Of a DNA stretch of 32,000 bases, positions 12,254-21,300 are shown piece after piece. Position 1 is the stretch's first letter; every line of letters starts with the position of its first letter. Source of the stretch: Halorhodospira halophila SL1 (lineage in GTDB: Bacteria > Pseudomonadota > Gammaproteobacteria > Nitrococcales > Halorhodospiraceae); the NCBI RefSeq assembly GCF_000015585.1, contig NC_008789.1:1320001-1352000 (forward strand), given 5' to 3'. The position numbers and the translations under genes are program-made. A model generated the notes under the pieces. It made no database searches. It was not told the origin of the DNA and was given only the letters and a program-made list of their open reading frames with translations.

Positions 12254-13354
12254 TCAGAGGCGCATCGGCATAACGACGTAGCGCGCATTGTCGGACCCCT
12301 CGGCACGGATCAGGCCGCTGCTGCTGGCGTCGGTCAGGGTCACTTGGACGCGCTCGGTATCCAGGGCACCGAGGGCATCGAGGAGGTAGTTGGCGTTGAA
12401 GCCGAGTTCCACGGCCTCGCCACCGTACTCGATGCCCAGCTCCTCCTCGGCCTCCTCCTGTTCCGGGTTGTGGGAGCCGATCCGCAGGGTGTCACCCTCC
12501 ACGGCGAAGCGGATGCCCCGATATTTCTCGTTGGAGAGGATGGCCACCCGGGTCAGGGCCTGGCGCAGGTACTGGCGATCGATCAGGACGTGTTTGTCGC
12601 CATCCTGGGGGATAACCCGATTGTAATCGGGGAATACGCCGTCGATCAGCTTGGACGTCAGACGGACGGACTGCAGCGTGACCCGGACGTGGTTGGTACC
12701 GAACTCGAGGGTGGCAGGCTCATCGGCATCGTCGAGCAGGCGAAGCAACTCCTGGACGCCCTTGCGCGGGACGATGACTTGGCGGGGTTGGGCCACTTGG
12801 ACCGGGCTGTCACTCTCGGCGAGGGCGAGGCGGTGGCCATCGGTGGCCACGGCGCGAGCGCCGCTCCCGGTGAGTTCTAGCAACAGGCCGTTGAGGTAGT
12901 AACGGACGTCGTGCTGCGCCATGGAAAAGTGCGTCCGCTCGATGAGTCGGCGGAGTTCGCCGCGCGGGATCTCGACGGCCTCGGTGTCGCCGATGGACTC
13001 GACCTCGGGGAATTCATCGGCGGGCAGGGTGGCCAGGGAGAAGCGGCTGCTGGCGGCGCGCAGGGTCGCCCGATCCTGATTGGCTTCGATGCTGATCGAC
13101 GCACCTTCCGGAAGATTTCGACATATATCCAGCCATTTCCGTGCTGGAAGCGTGATCACACCTTCGTCTTTCGTGTTGGCCTCAAGGTACGCGACGAGTT
13201 CCACCTCGAGGTCGGTGGCGGTGAGTTGCAGCTGTTGCGATCGGGCTTCGACGCGGATGTTGCCAAGAACCGGCAGGGTCTGGCGGCGTTCCACGACGCC
13301 GACGATCGACTGGAGGGCGGCGAGCAGGGGTTCGCGTTGGACCTCGAAGCGCAT
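12254..13354 (-). CDS. dnaN: DNA polymerase III beta sliding clamp.
   Basis: The 366-aa ORF starts MRFEVQREPLL and ends VVMPMRL, both typical of DnaN. Confidence 0.97.
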   Translation of the reverse strand: MRFEVQREPLLAALQSIVGVVERRQTLPVLGNIRVEARSQQLQLTATDLEVELVAYLEANTKDEGVITLPARKWLDICRNLPEGASISIEANQDRATLRAASSRFSLATLPADEFPEVESIGDTEAVEIPRGELRRLIERTHFSMAQHDVRYYLNGLLLELTGSGARAVATDGHRLALAESDSPVQVAQPRQVIVPRKGVQELLRLLDDADEPATLEFGTNHVRVTLQSVRLTSKLIDGVFPDYNRVIPQDGDKHVLIDRQYLRQALTRVAILSNEKYRGIRFAVEGDTLRIGSHNPEQEEAEEELGIEYGGEAVELGFNANYLLDALGALDTERVQVTLTDASSSGLIRAEGSDNARYVVMPMRL

Positions 13355-13574
13355 GTTCGTCCTCGTTGGCTGTAATGACTGCTTAAGGAAAGAGAAAGCT
13401 TGTTGTTGTTATTGGCACCGCGTCAAGTTGTGGAAAGTGTTGATAAGACACTGTCTCAAAAGGGAGAAAAGATCCACAACAAACACCAGGGCGGGCGGTG
13501 CGGTGTATGTGGAAAACCTGGGGATGGAATTCACCCTTGGATCACTCCGCAGGTTTTCCACAGCTTACGCCGGG
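13355..13574. other. AT-rich spacer between dnaA and dnaN with a DnaA-box cluster. It is a candidate oriC (or oriC part) and also contains the dnaN promoter region.
   Basis: Five DnaA-box-like 9-mers relative to TTATCCACA. 13429-13437 is rc CTTTCCACA, 13438-13446 is rc TTATCAACA, 13470-13478 is AGATCCACA, 13508-13516 is rc TTTTCCACA, and 13554-13562 is TTTTCCACA. My hand count gives 52 G+C in the 120 nt at 13361-13480 (~43%), far below the surrounding sequence. Confidence 0.5.
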
Positions 13575-14924
13575 CTAAGTGCTCAAGGTTCTCAACAGGT
13601 TGTCGTAATCTTCGGCGAGGCGCGCGTCGTCTTCGATCAGCGACTTGATGTTGCGGCAGGCGTGGAGAACCGTGCTGTGGTCGCGCCCGCCGAAGGCGTC
13701 GCCGATCTCCGGTAGCGAATGCGAGGTCAGCTCCTTGGCCAGGACCATGGCCATGTGGCGGGGTCGTGTGATGGAACGGCTGCGGCGCTTGGAGAGCAGA
13801 TCGCCGACGCGGATCTTGTAATAGGCGGCCACGGTCTTTTGGATGTTGTCGATGGTGACCAGCTTGTCCTGCAGGGCCAAGAGATCCCGCAAGGCTTCCT
13901 TGGCAAAGTCGACATCAATGGCGCGACCGGTGAACTGGGCGTTGGCGGTGATGCGCCGCAGGGCGCCCTCGAGCTCACGGACGTTGGAGCGTAGACGCTT
14001 GGCCACGAAGAAGGCCACCTCGTCGGGTAGGTCGACGCCGTCGCGGATGGCCTTGCTCTTGAGGATGGCAACACGGGTCTCGAGCTCCGGCGGCTCGATG
14101 GCCACAGTCAGCCCCCACCCGAAGCGCGATTTAAGGCGCTCCTCCAGACCGTTGACTTCCTTCGGGTAGCGGTCGCAGGTCATGATCACCTGCTGCTCGC
14201 TTTCAAGCAGAGCGTTGAAGGTGTGGAAGAACTCCTCCTGCGAGCGCTCCTTGCCGGCAAAGAACTGGATGTCGTCGATGAGCAGCGCGTCCAGGTTGCG
14301 GTAGTGGCGCTTGAATTCGTTGATGGCGTTGTGTTGCAGCGCCTTGACCATCTCGGCGACGAAACGCTCGGAGTGGAGGTAAAGCACACGTGCTTCCGGG
14401 CGGGCGGTCCGTATGGCGTTGCCCACGGCATGCATCAGGTGGGTCTTGCCCAGTCCGACACCGCCGTAGAGAAATAGTGGGTTGTAGGCACCGCCGGGGT
14501 TGTCGGCGACCTGCATGCTGGCTGCGCGGGCCAGCTGGTTCGACTTGCCCTCGACGAAGGAGTCGAAGGTGAACCCGGGATTCAGGTTCGAGTCCACGGG
14601 GCGTTGACGGGGCTCGGAGCTGCGCTGCGCTGGGGCGGCGCGCGTGGCGCCGGTGGCGGCCTCGCGCTGGTCGGGCGTCGGGGGCGAGCCGATCTCCAGT
14701 TCTACGCGCAGGTGCTCATCGGGGCGGATTTCGGCGAGCAGTTCGCCGATGCGGGCCGAGAAGTTGTCGCGCACCCAGTCGAGGACGAAGCGGTTCGGTG
14801 CGTAGAGGCGCAGGGCGTCACCCTCGAGGTGCGCCTGCAGGGGACGAATCCAGGTGTTGAGCTGCTGCTCGGGGATCTCGCGCTCTAATTGCTGAAGGCA
14901 CGCGCTCCAGAGCGAGTCGTCCAT
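13575..14924 (-). CDS. dnaA: Chromosomal replication initiator protein DnaA.
   Basis: The track ORF is 13575..14987. The protein has the AAA+ Walker [14 protein letters not shown] and a C-terminal DNA-binding helix ([12 protein letters not shown]). I prefer the ATG at 14924 ([14 protein letters not shown]), which matches typical DnaA N-termini. The ATG at 14987 is the alternative. Confidence 0.96.
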   Translation of the reverse strand: MDDSLWSACLQQLEREIPEQQLNTWIRPLQAHLEGDALRLYAPNRFVLDWVRDNFSARIGELLAEIRPDEHLRVELEIGSPPTPDQREAATGATRAAPAQRSSEPRQRPVDSNLNPGFTFDSFVEGKSNQLARAASMQVADNPGGAYNPLFLYGGVGLGKTHLMHAVGNAIRTARPEARVLYLHSERFVAEMVKALQHNAINEFKRHYRNLDALLIDDIQFFAGKERSQEEFFHTFNALLESEQQVIMTCDRYPKEVNGLEERLKSRFGWGLTVAIEPPELETRVAILKSKAIRDGVDLPDEVAFFVAKRLRSNVRELEGALRRITANAQFTGRAIDVDFAKEALRDLLALQDKLVTIDNIQKTVAAYYKIRVGDLLSKRRSRSITRPRHMAMVLAKELTSHSLPEIGDAFGGRDHSTVLHACRNIKSLIEDDARLAEDYDNLLRTLST

Positions 14925-15009
14925 GGTGACGGCTACCTCGTTGTTCCGGGTGGTGGGGCCGGTGAGGCCGGGGATCGTGGACGGCATAGTTTAAAGGGGG
15001 GTGGGGTGG

Positions 15010-15038
15010 TTATCCACAGGTTTTCATCGTTATCCACA
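15010..15038 (+). promoter_or_regulatory. Two perfect consensus DnaA boxes in the rpmH-dnaA spacer.
   Basis: TTATCCACA occurs at 15010-15018 and 15030-15038. Both copies sit within an identical 12-mer GTTATCCACAGG, in direct orientation and 20 bp apart. They lie in the dnaA upstream region, 23-51 nt upstream of the alternative ATG at 14987 and 86-114 nt upstream of the preferred ATG at 14924. Confidence 0.85.
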
Positions 15039-15064
15039 GGCCCGGTCATGCGTCGCTGTAGCAA

Positions 15065-15093
15065 TTGACAGGCCCTTGATGGCGAAGTAGATT
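15065..15093 (+). promoter_or_regulatory. Candidate sigma70 promoter for rpmH-rnpA.
   Basis: TTGACA (15065-15070), a 17-nt spacer, then TAGATT (15088-15093), about 60 nt upstream of the rpmH ATG. Confidence 0.45.
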
Positions 15094-15153
15094 CGCGGCT
15101 CACTGGCCGGAGGACGGCCTCCCGACCCTTTCCCAATCAATGAGTCGTTAACC

Positions 15154-15294
15154 ATGAAGCGCACGTACCAGCCGAGTAATATCAAGCGCAAGCGAACCCA
15201 CGGGTTTCGTGCCCGGATGGCCACGCGGGGCGGCCGCCTCGTGCTCAAGCGGCGCCGCGCCAAGGGGCGCAAGCGTCTTACGCCGACGGCCTGA
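15154..15294 (+). CDS. rpmH: 50S ribosomal protein L34.
   Basis: My own translation gives [46 protein letters not shown] (46 aa), near-identical to bacterial L34. It is too short for the ORF track. Confidence 0.97.
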   Translation: MKRTYQPSNIKRKRTHGFRARMATRGGRLVLKRRRAKGRKRLTPTA

Positions 15295-15313
15295 TCCGGG
15301 TCCCGGCTTCCTC

Positions 15314-15682
15314 TTGTCGGCCGACGAGAGGTTCCCGCGGGGCGCACGGCTGCTGCGGCGGAGGGAATTCGAGGGGGTGCTTCGCGCCCCGGAATGGCGG
15401 ACAGCCAACCGCTACTTCCGCGTTAGCGCACGGCAGAATCAGTGCGGGCGCCCGCGGCTGGGCCTGGCAGTCCCCAAGCGGGTGCTGCGTCTGGCCATAC
15501 AGCGGCATCGAGTCAAGCGGATCATCCGCGAGAGTTTCCGGGTCCGGCAGGGCGGCCTGCCGGACCACGATTTTGTCGTCGGGGTGCGCGGGGCCGTCGC
15601 GGAGGCGGACAACGCCACCCTATTCAGTGCCCTGGAGGAACTCTGGGCGCACGCGCGGGGGCGGCCATGCGATGGCTCCTGA
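15314..15682 (+). CDS. rnpA: Ribonuclease P protein component.
   Basis: It lies inside track ORF 15209..15682, whose 5' part overlaps rpmH in another frame. RnpA motifs are present ([35 protein letters not shown]). A TTG at 15314 is the first plausible start after the rpmH stop, but the exact start is uncertain. Confidence 0.85.
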   Translation: MSADERFPRGARLLRRREFEGVLRAPEWRTANRYFRVSARQNQCGRPRLGLAVPKRVLRLAIQRHRVKRIIRESFRVRQGGLPDHDFVVGVRGAVAEADNATLFSALEELWAHARGRPCDGS

Positions 15683-15900
15683 TCGGTGTGATTCGAACCT
15701 ATCAGTACGCGGTCAGCCCGTTCCTGGGGCCCCGCTGCCGTTTCCTCCCGACCTGTTCTGAATACGCTGCAGAGGCGATCTCCCGGCACGGCCCGTTGCG
15801 TGGGGGGTGGCTGGCAGCGAAACGACTGGGCAAATGTCACCCATGGCATCCGGGCGGGCTCGACCCCGTGCCGGAGCGCACCGACCGTACGCGAGAGTAG
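15667..15900 (+). CDS. yidD: Membrane protein insertion efficiency factor YidD.
   Basis: The protein starts [38 protein letters not shown] and contains [10 protein letters not shown], both YidD signatures. The start is the ATG at 15667 within track ORF 15442..15900. It overlaps the rnpA end by 16 nt. Confidence 0.92.
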   Translation: MRWLLIGVIRTYQYAVSPFLGPRCRFLPTCSEYAAEAISRHGPLRGGWLAAKRLGKCHPWHPGGLDPVPERTDRTRE

Positions 15901-15906
15901 ATCCCC

Positions 15907-17559
15907 ATGGAGAATCAACGCCTCATCCTCCTGATCGCCCTGGCCGGGATCAGTCTGCTGCTGTACTTCGCCTGGGAGCGGGAGCAGATGGACCCTGCGG
16001 AGCCGGTGGTTGAAGAGCAGGAGTCGGAAGTCGATCAGGAGGCGCCGGACGCGCCGTCCCGGGCCGAGGAGCCGGACGCTGGGGACCCCATGGCTGAAGG
16101 GGTGGTGGACCCGGACGATGAGGATGCCAAGCGGGTCCGCGTGAAGACCGATCTGATCGAGGCGGAGATCAGCACGCAGGGTGGTGACATCCGGCAGCTG
16201 GACCTGCTCAAGCATCAGAAGGCCTCGGACGATCCAACGCCCTACCGGCTGCTGCGCGACGAGGGCGAGCCGTTGTTTGTCGCCCAGGCTGGACTCGGTG
16301 GCGACGGGCCTGCGCCGGGCCGGGATGCTCGTTACGAGGTGGATCAGGACGAGTTCGAACTGGCCGAGGGCGAGGATACGCTCGAGGTCCCGCTGATCTG
16401 GGAGGAAGACGGCGTCAAGGTGCGCAAGGTCTACACCTTCCGTCGCGATAGCTATCTGGTCGACGTGCGCCACGAGGTGGAGAACAACGCCGAGGACGAC
16501 TGGGCCGGCTTCCAGTACGTGCAGCTGCGGCGGCGCCCGGACCCGGCGGGGACAACCCCGTGGTACATCCACAGCTTCACCGGCGGCTCCCTCTACACGC
16601 AGGAGGATCGCTTCAGCCGGATCTCGTTCAGTGACATGGAAGACTCCGATCTGTCGCAGGACGAGCGCGACGGCTGGGCGGCGATGCTCCAGCACTACTT
16701 TCTTGGGGTGATGATCCCGGAGCGGGGCGAGACCTACCGGTACTACACCCGGGCCCTGCCGCAGGAGACCTACCTCCTGGGGATGTCGTCGCCCTGGCTG
16801 CAGGTGGCGGCCGGGGAGAGTGGTCAGAAGACCAACCATCTGTTCGTTGGCCCCAAGGAGCAGGACCGACTCACGGCGGTGGGGTCGGCGCTGGATGTCG
16901 ATGACCTGCGGCTGACGGTCGACTACGGGTTCCTGACGATCCTCGCCAACCCCCTGTTCTGGGCGTTGGATCAGATCGAAAACCTGGTGAAGAACTGGGG
17001 CGTGGCGATCCTGATCCTCACGCTGCTGATCAAGATCGCCTTCTACAAGCTGTCGGCGATCAGCTATCGCTCGATGGCGAAGATGCGCAAGGTTCAGCCG
17101 AAGATGCAGCAGATCCGGGAGCGCTACTCGGATGATCGGCAGCAGATGAATCAGGCGCTGATGGAGCTGTACAAGAAGGAGAAGATCAATCCGCTCGGCG
17201 GCTGTCTGCCGATCCTGGTGCAGATCCCGGTGTTCATCGCCCTGTACTGGGTGTTGGTGGAGAGCGTTGAGCTGCGCCATGCACCGTTCATGCTGTGGAT
17301 CCAGGATCTGTCGAGCCGCGATCCGTACTTCATCCTGCCGCTGCTGATGGGCGCGAGCATGTTGGTGCAGATGAAGCTGAACCCGCCGCCGATGGATCCG
17401 ATCCAGAAGCGGGTGATGCAGGTGCTGCCCTTCGTGTTCACGGGCTTCTTCATGCTGTTCCCGGCAGGGCTGGTACTCTACTGGCTGACCAACAACATCC
17501 TGTCGATCGCACAGCAATGGTACATACTGCGTCAGGTAGAGAAGTCCGACACGGCCTAG
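15907..17559 (+). CDS. yidC: Membrane protein insertase YidC.
   Basis: The 550-aa ORF has an N-terminal TM segment, a large periplasmic domain, and the conserved C-terminal core ([45 protein letters not shown]). Confidence 0.97.
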
Positions 17560-17588
17560 AAGACGACGACGCGGATACGATCTGCGCG

Positions 17589-18926
17589 ATGGCGACCCCG
17601 TCCGGTCAGGGCGGGGTCGCTGTCGTTCGGGTATCCGGATCGCGGGCCCTGGAGGTCGCCGAAGAGGTGGCGGGACCGTTGCCGGCGCCCCGAGAGGCCG
17701 GTTTGCGCCGGTTTCGCGACGCACGCGGGGAGACCCTGGATCACGGCTTGGTGCTGGTGTTTCCGGGGCCGGGGTCTTACACCGGCGAGGACGTGGTTGA
17801 GCTGCAGGGGCACGGCAGCCCGGCGGCGGTGACCGCGGTGCTCGAGGCCTTATGCGCAGCTGGGGCGCGGCCAGCCGGCCCTGGAGAGTTTTCCGAGCGG
17901 GCGTTCCTGAACGGGCGGTTGGATCTCACGCAGGCCGAGGCGGTGGCCTCGCTGATCGAAGCGGAGACCGACGGCGCGCGCCGCGCAGCGCTACGGGCGC
18001 TGTCCGGGGCGTTCGGCCAACGCGTCGATGGGCTGGCGGATCGGATGATCGATCTTCGGGCGCTGATCGAGGCGTTCCTGGATTTTCCTGAGGATGAGGA
18101 TGTACCGGCGGACCCACCGGAGCTCGCGGCCGAGATCGAGGCGTTGGGCTCGGAGCTGGCGGAGATCCGGCGACGGGCGGCGGCCGGGGTGCGTTTCGGG
18201 GAGGGGATCCGGGTGGCGCTCGTCGGCCCGCCGAACGCGGGGAAGTCGAGCCTGCTCAACGTGCTCAGCGGCGAGGAGGCGGCGATCGTTTCGGCACAGG
18301 CGGGTACCACGCGGGACGTGGTCCGGCAGTGGGCGGCGCTGGGATCGCGGCACGCCGAGCTCTTGGACACCGCCGGGCTGCGGGATGCGGAGGCCCAGGA
18401 TGAGATTGAGGCCGAGGGTGCGCGGCGGGCGCGGGCGGCGGCCTCGGAGGCCGATCTGCTGCTCGTGGTCATCGAGGCAGGGAAGACACTGGACGAGGAA
18501 CTGCGGGCGCGGATTGCGGAGCAGGCGCCGCGTCCGGTGGTGGTGATTGTGAATAAGATTGATGCCAGCGGGGACGAGGCAGGTTGGGAAGGAGAGAGTG
18601 AGGTGGGTGCCCATGTCCGGAGGGCGCGGGTGAGTGCGCACACCGGGGCGGGTATCGAGGCGCTTCGGCGCGGGCTGGCGGCGCTGGTGGACCGTGAGGC
18701 GGGAGAGGACGCCTGGGCGGCTCGGCATCGACACATCGAGGCGCTGGATCGAGCCGGGGAGGAGCTGGAGGAAGCGCTGGTGGTCGCCCGGCGGGGCGGG
18801 CAGGAGGAGCTGGTCGCCGAGGCGCTGCGTCGGGCGCAGACGGCGCTCGGCGAGATCACCGGGCGCGTTAGCCATGAGGCGCTGCTAGGGCGGATCTTCT
18901 CCGGCTTCTGTATCGGAAAAGAATAG
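17589..18926 (+). CDS. mnmE: tRNA modification GTPase MnmE (TrmE).
   Basis: It lies inside track ORF 17295..18926. The G-domain motifs are GPPNAGKSSLLN, TTRD, DTAGLR and NKID, and the C-terminus is FCIGK followed by one extra Glu. The start is ambiguous: the ATG at 17589 omits the conserved DTI residues just upstream, and the alternative ATG at 17517 overlaps yidC by 43 nt. Confidence 0.93.
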   Translation: MATPSGQGGVAVVRVSGSRALEVAEEVAGPLPAPREAGLRRFRDARGETLDHGLVLVFPGPGSYTGEDVVELQGHGSPAAVTAVLEALCAAGARPAGPGEFSERAFLNGRLDLTQAEAVASLIEAETDGARRAALRALSGAFGQRVDGLADRMIDLRALIEAFLDFPEDEDVPADPPELAAEIEALGSELAEIRRRAAAGVRFGEGIRVALVGPPNAGKSSLLNVLSGEEAAIVSAQAGTTRDVVRQWAALGSRHAELLDTAGLRDAEAQDEIEAEGARRARAAASEADLLLVVIEAGKTLDEELRARIAEQAPRPVVVIVNKIDASGDEAGWEGESEVGAHVRRARVSAHTGAGIEALRRGLAALVDREAGEDAWAARHRHIEALDRAGEELEEALVVARRGGQEELVAEALRRAQTALGEITGRVSHEALLGRIFSGFCIGKE

Positions 18927-19060
18927 CTGGACGTGTCAAACTCGGTAATGGGCCGGATCCCGCTACGGCCTTCGGTCACTGCGGACCAGGCCTCGGCAGC
19001 GGAGTTCCCGACCGGGGAAACCACCCCCAGTCCAGTTACGACAACGGCTCGATCATCCAT
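18923..19060 (-). pseudogene. fabF: N-terminal 46-codon remnant of 3-oxoacyl-ACP synthase II (fabF); the rest of the gene is absent.
   Basis: From the ATG at 19060 (AAGGG Shine-Dalgarno upstream), the reverse strand encodes MDDRAVVVTGLGVVSPVGNSAAEAWSAVTEGRSGIRPITEFDTSSY, which matches the FabF N-terminus. The gene sits in the canonical position after acpP. Homology stops at the mnmE stop codon (18924-18926), and downstream reverse frames are only mnmE antisense with no KAS motifs. Confidence 0.75.
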
Positions 19061-19092
19061 ACCCTTGTGCCCTTCAAGGCGCGGAATGTATC

Positions 19093-19117
19093 GGGGCCGA
19101 TCCACCGGATCGGCCCC
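19093..19117 (-). other. Perfect 11-bp stem-loop between acpP and the fabF remnant; possibly an attenuator or processing hairpin.
   Basis: GGGGCCGATCC (19093-19103), loop ACC, GGATCGGCCCC (19107-19117). No U-tract follows on the reverse strand. Confidence 0.4.
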
Positions 19118-19148
19118 GCTGCGCCTTCAGACTGTGGCCCCGGGGGCT

Positions 19149-19388
19149 TTACCCCTCGAGGTGCTTCTTGATGTAGTCCACGGCCTGCTGGACCGTTGTG
19201 ATCTTTTCGGCTTCCTCGTCGGGGATCTCGCACTCGAACTCTTCCTCGAGCGCCATCACGAGCTCGACGGTGTCCAGCGAGTCGGCGCCAAGGTCGTCCA
19301 CGAACGAGGCCTCACCAGTGACCTCTTCCTCTTTGACCCCCAGTTGCTCGACGACGATTTTCTTGACGCGATCTTCGATGCTGCTCAT
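19149..19388 (-). CDS. acpP: Acyl carrier protein.
   Basis: The 79-aa ORF has the phosphopantetheine attachment motif [12 protein letters not shown]. Confidence 0.97.
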   Translation of the reverse strand: MSSIEDRVKKIVVEQLGVKEEEVTGEASFVDDLGADSLDTVELVMALEEEFECEIPDEEAEKITTVQQAVDYIKKHLEG

Positions 19389-19522
19389 TAAAAGGTCCTC
19401 CGAGGTTCTAATTGGCGCAGTCTTCCGGCTGCGGCGCGTATTGTAGGGGAACAGTCCGCTGAGTACCAGAACACCCCTGCGGAATCCTGAACCAAACTCA
19501 ACCCGTTGTTTGAAAAGTTTTT

Positions 19523-20278
19523 TTAAGCCATGTACATGCCGCCGTTCACATGCAGCGTCTCGCCAGTGATGTAGCCGGCAGACGGCGATGCCAGGAAGGT
19601 GACCGCCGCGGCGATGTCCTCCGGGCTACCGAGCCGCTCGAGCGGCACATTGCCAATCAGCGCCGCCCGCTGATCCTCACTCATGGCGGCAGTCATGTCG
19701 GTCTCGATAAAACCGGGGGCCACCGTGTTCACGGTGATGTTACGCGCACCGAGCTCCCTGGCCATCGACTTGGTCAGGCCCATGATGCCGGCCTTGGCGG
19801 CAGAATAATTGGCCTGACCAGCGTTGCCCATGGCCCCGACCACCGAGCCGATGTTAATGATGCGCCCGCCGCGAGCCTTCATCATCCCGCGCAGGCACGC
19901 CTTGCTCATGCGGTAGACGGAGCTGAGGTTGGTATCGATGATCTGATCCCACTCATCATCCTTCATCCGCATGAGCAGATTGTCGCGGGTGATGCCCGCG
20001 TTATTCACCAGGATCGTCGGGGCACCGAAGTCGCGGCCGATGGCGGTCACCACCTCGCCGACTTGCTCCGAGTCGGTGACGTCCAGCGCCATACCGGTGC
20101 CCTGGAGCCCGGCTTCGGCAAGGCGCTGGCGAATCGCCTCAGCACCCTGATCGCTGGTTGCGGTTCCGATCACCGTAGCGCCAGCTTGGCCGAGGGCCTC
20201 GAGGACGGCGCGGCCGATGCCCCGGCTCGCCCCGGTTACCAGAGCGATCTGGCCCTGCAGGTCGTCTTTGCCGTGCAC
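19523..20278 (-). CDS. fabG: 3-oxoacyl-ACP reductase.
   Basis: It is an SDR with [12 protein letters not shown] and YSAAKAG motifs, located in the fabD-fabG-acpP context. Confidence 0.95.
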   Translation of the reverse strand: MHGKDDLQGQIALVTGASRGIGRAVLEALGQAGATVIGTATSDQGAEAIRQRLAEAGLQGTGMALDVTDSEQVGEVVTAIGRDFGAPTILVNNAGITRDNLLMRMKDDEWDQIIDTNLSSVYRMSKACLRGMMKARGGRIINIGSVVGAMGNAGQANYSAAKAGIMGLTKSMARELGARNITVNTVAPGFIETDMTAAMSEDQRAALIGNVPLERLGSPEDIAAAVTFLASPSAGYITGETLHVNGGMYMA

Positions 20279-20307
20279 GCTGCCTCCTTGAAACTGTCCG
20301 GGTGGGA

Positions 20308-21261
20308 TTAGCTGCTCGCCGAGAAACGGCGCAGCATGTCGTCAAAGGCCTCGGGCTCGCTAAGCGTGCCCCCCTGAAGGCTGCGGTCAATGCGCCGCGT
20401 CAATCCGGTCAGGACCTTGCCAGGCCCACACTCAGCGACGACCTGGACGCCATCGGCGCTCATCTTCTGTACCGTCTCCGTCCAGCGCACGGGACTGGCA
20501 AGCTGCTCGACCAGTCGGCGGCGAATGGAGGCGACATCCCGGCTCACCGAGACATCGACATTGTGAATGACCGGCCGGCGCGGCTCGTTGATGACCACCT
20601 CTTCCAGGCGCTGCGCCAGGCGCTCAGCGGCCGGGTGCATCAGGCTACAGTGGGACGGTACGCTCACCGGTAGCGGCAGAACGCGCTTGGCGCCCGCCTC
20701 CTTCGCAGCGGAACCGGCCCGCTCAACGGCCTCATGGTTCCCCGCAATGACCACCTGTCCCGGAGCATTGAAGTTCACGGGCTGCACCACGGCACCCTGG
20801 GCGGCGGTTGCGCAGATCTCGCGAATCCGGTCGTCGTCCAGGCCGATGATCGCCGCCATGGCGCCCTCGCCGGCCGGCACGGCCTCTTGCATGTAGCGGC
20901 CACGTTCAGCCACCAGTGCCGCGGCGTCACCCAGCTGCAGCGCCTCGGCGGCGACCAGGGCGCTGTATTCACCCAGGCTATGCCCGGCCAGCACCGCCGG
21001 CTCTGCGCCGTCGCGCTCCTGCCAGACACGCCACAGCGCCACACTGGCCACCAGGATGGCCGGCTGGGTGCGATCCGTACGATCGAGCTCTTCGCTGGGA
21101 CCATTGGCGACGAGGTCCCAGAGGTCGTACCCCAGGGCCTCGGAGGCCTCGCGAAAAGTCGCGCGCACAGTATCGTGATCTTGCCACGGCGCCATCATCC
21201 CGACCGCCTGGGAACCCTGGCCGGGAAAGGCCATCGCAAGTTCCGGGGTTTGCTTGCTCAT
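20308..21261 (-). CDS. fabD: Malonyl-CoA--ACP transacylase.
   Basis: It has FPGQGSQ and the active-site motif GHSLGEY. Confidence 0.95.
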   Translation of the reverse strand: MSKQTPELAMAFPGQGSQAVGMMAPWQDHDTVRATFREASEALGYDLWDLVANGPSEELDRTDRTQPAILVASVALWRVWQERDGAEPAVLAGHSLGEYSALVAAEALQLGDAAALVAERGRYMQEAVPAGEGAMAAIIGLDDDRIREICATAAQGAVVQPVNFNAPGQVVIAGNHEAVERAGSAAKEAGAKRVLPLPVSVPSHCSLMHPAAERLAQRLEEVVINEPRRPVIHNVDVSVSRDVASIRRRLVEQLASPVRWTETVQKMSADGVQVVAECGPGKVLTGLTRRIDRSLQGGTLSEPEAFDDMLRRFSASS

Positions 21262-21300
21262 CTCTGCTCCTGCACGGAATCTTGATTCAGGGCGGGCTGT

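Noticed and set aside
15439-17724. A 761-aa minus-strand ORF spanning rnpA, yidD and yidC.
   Set aside because: It is antisense to three well-supported genes and has an Arg/Pro/His/Gln-rich low-information sequence. It is a GC-driven open frame.
17777-18922. The remainder of the 442-aa minus-strand ORF that begins with the FabF-like N-terminus.
   Set aside because: Beyond codon 46 of the FabF-like part the sequence is Ser/Ala/Arg/Pro-rich mnmE antisense. It has none of the KAS II motifs (active-site Cys, His-His, GHLLGAAG-like). Only 18923-19060 is kept, as a pseudogene fragment.
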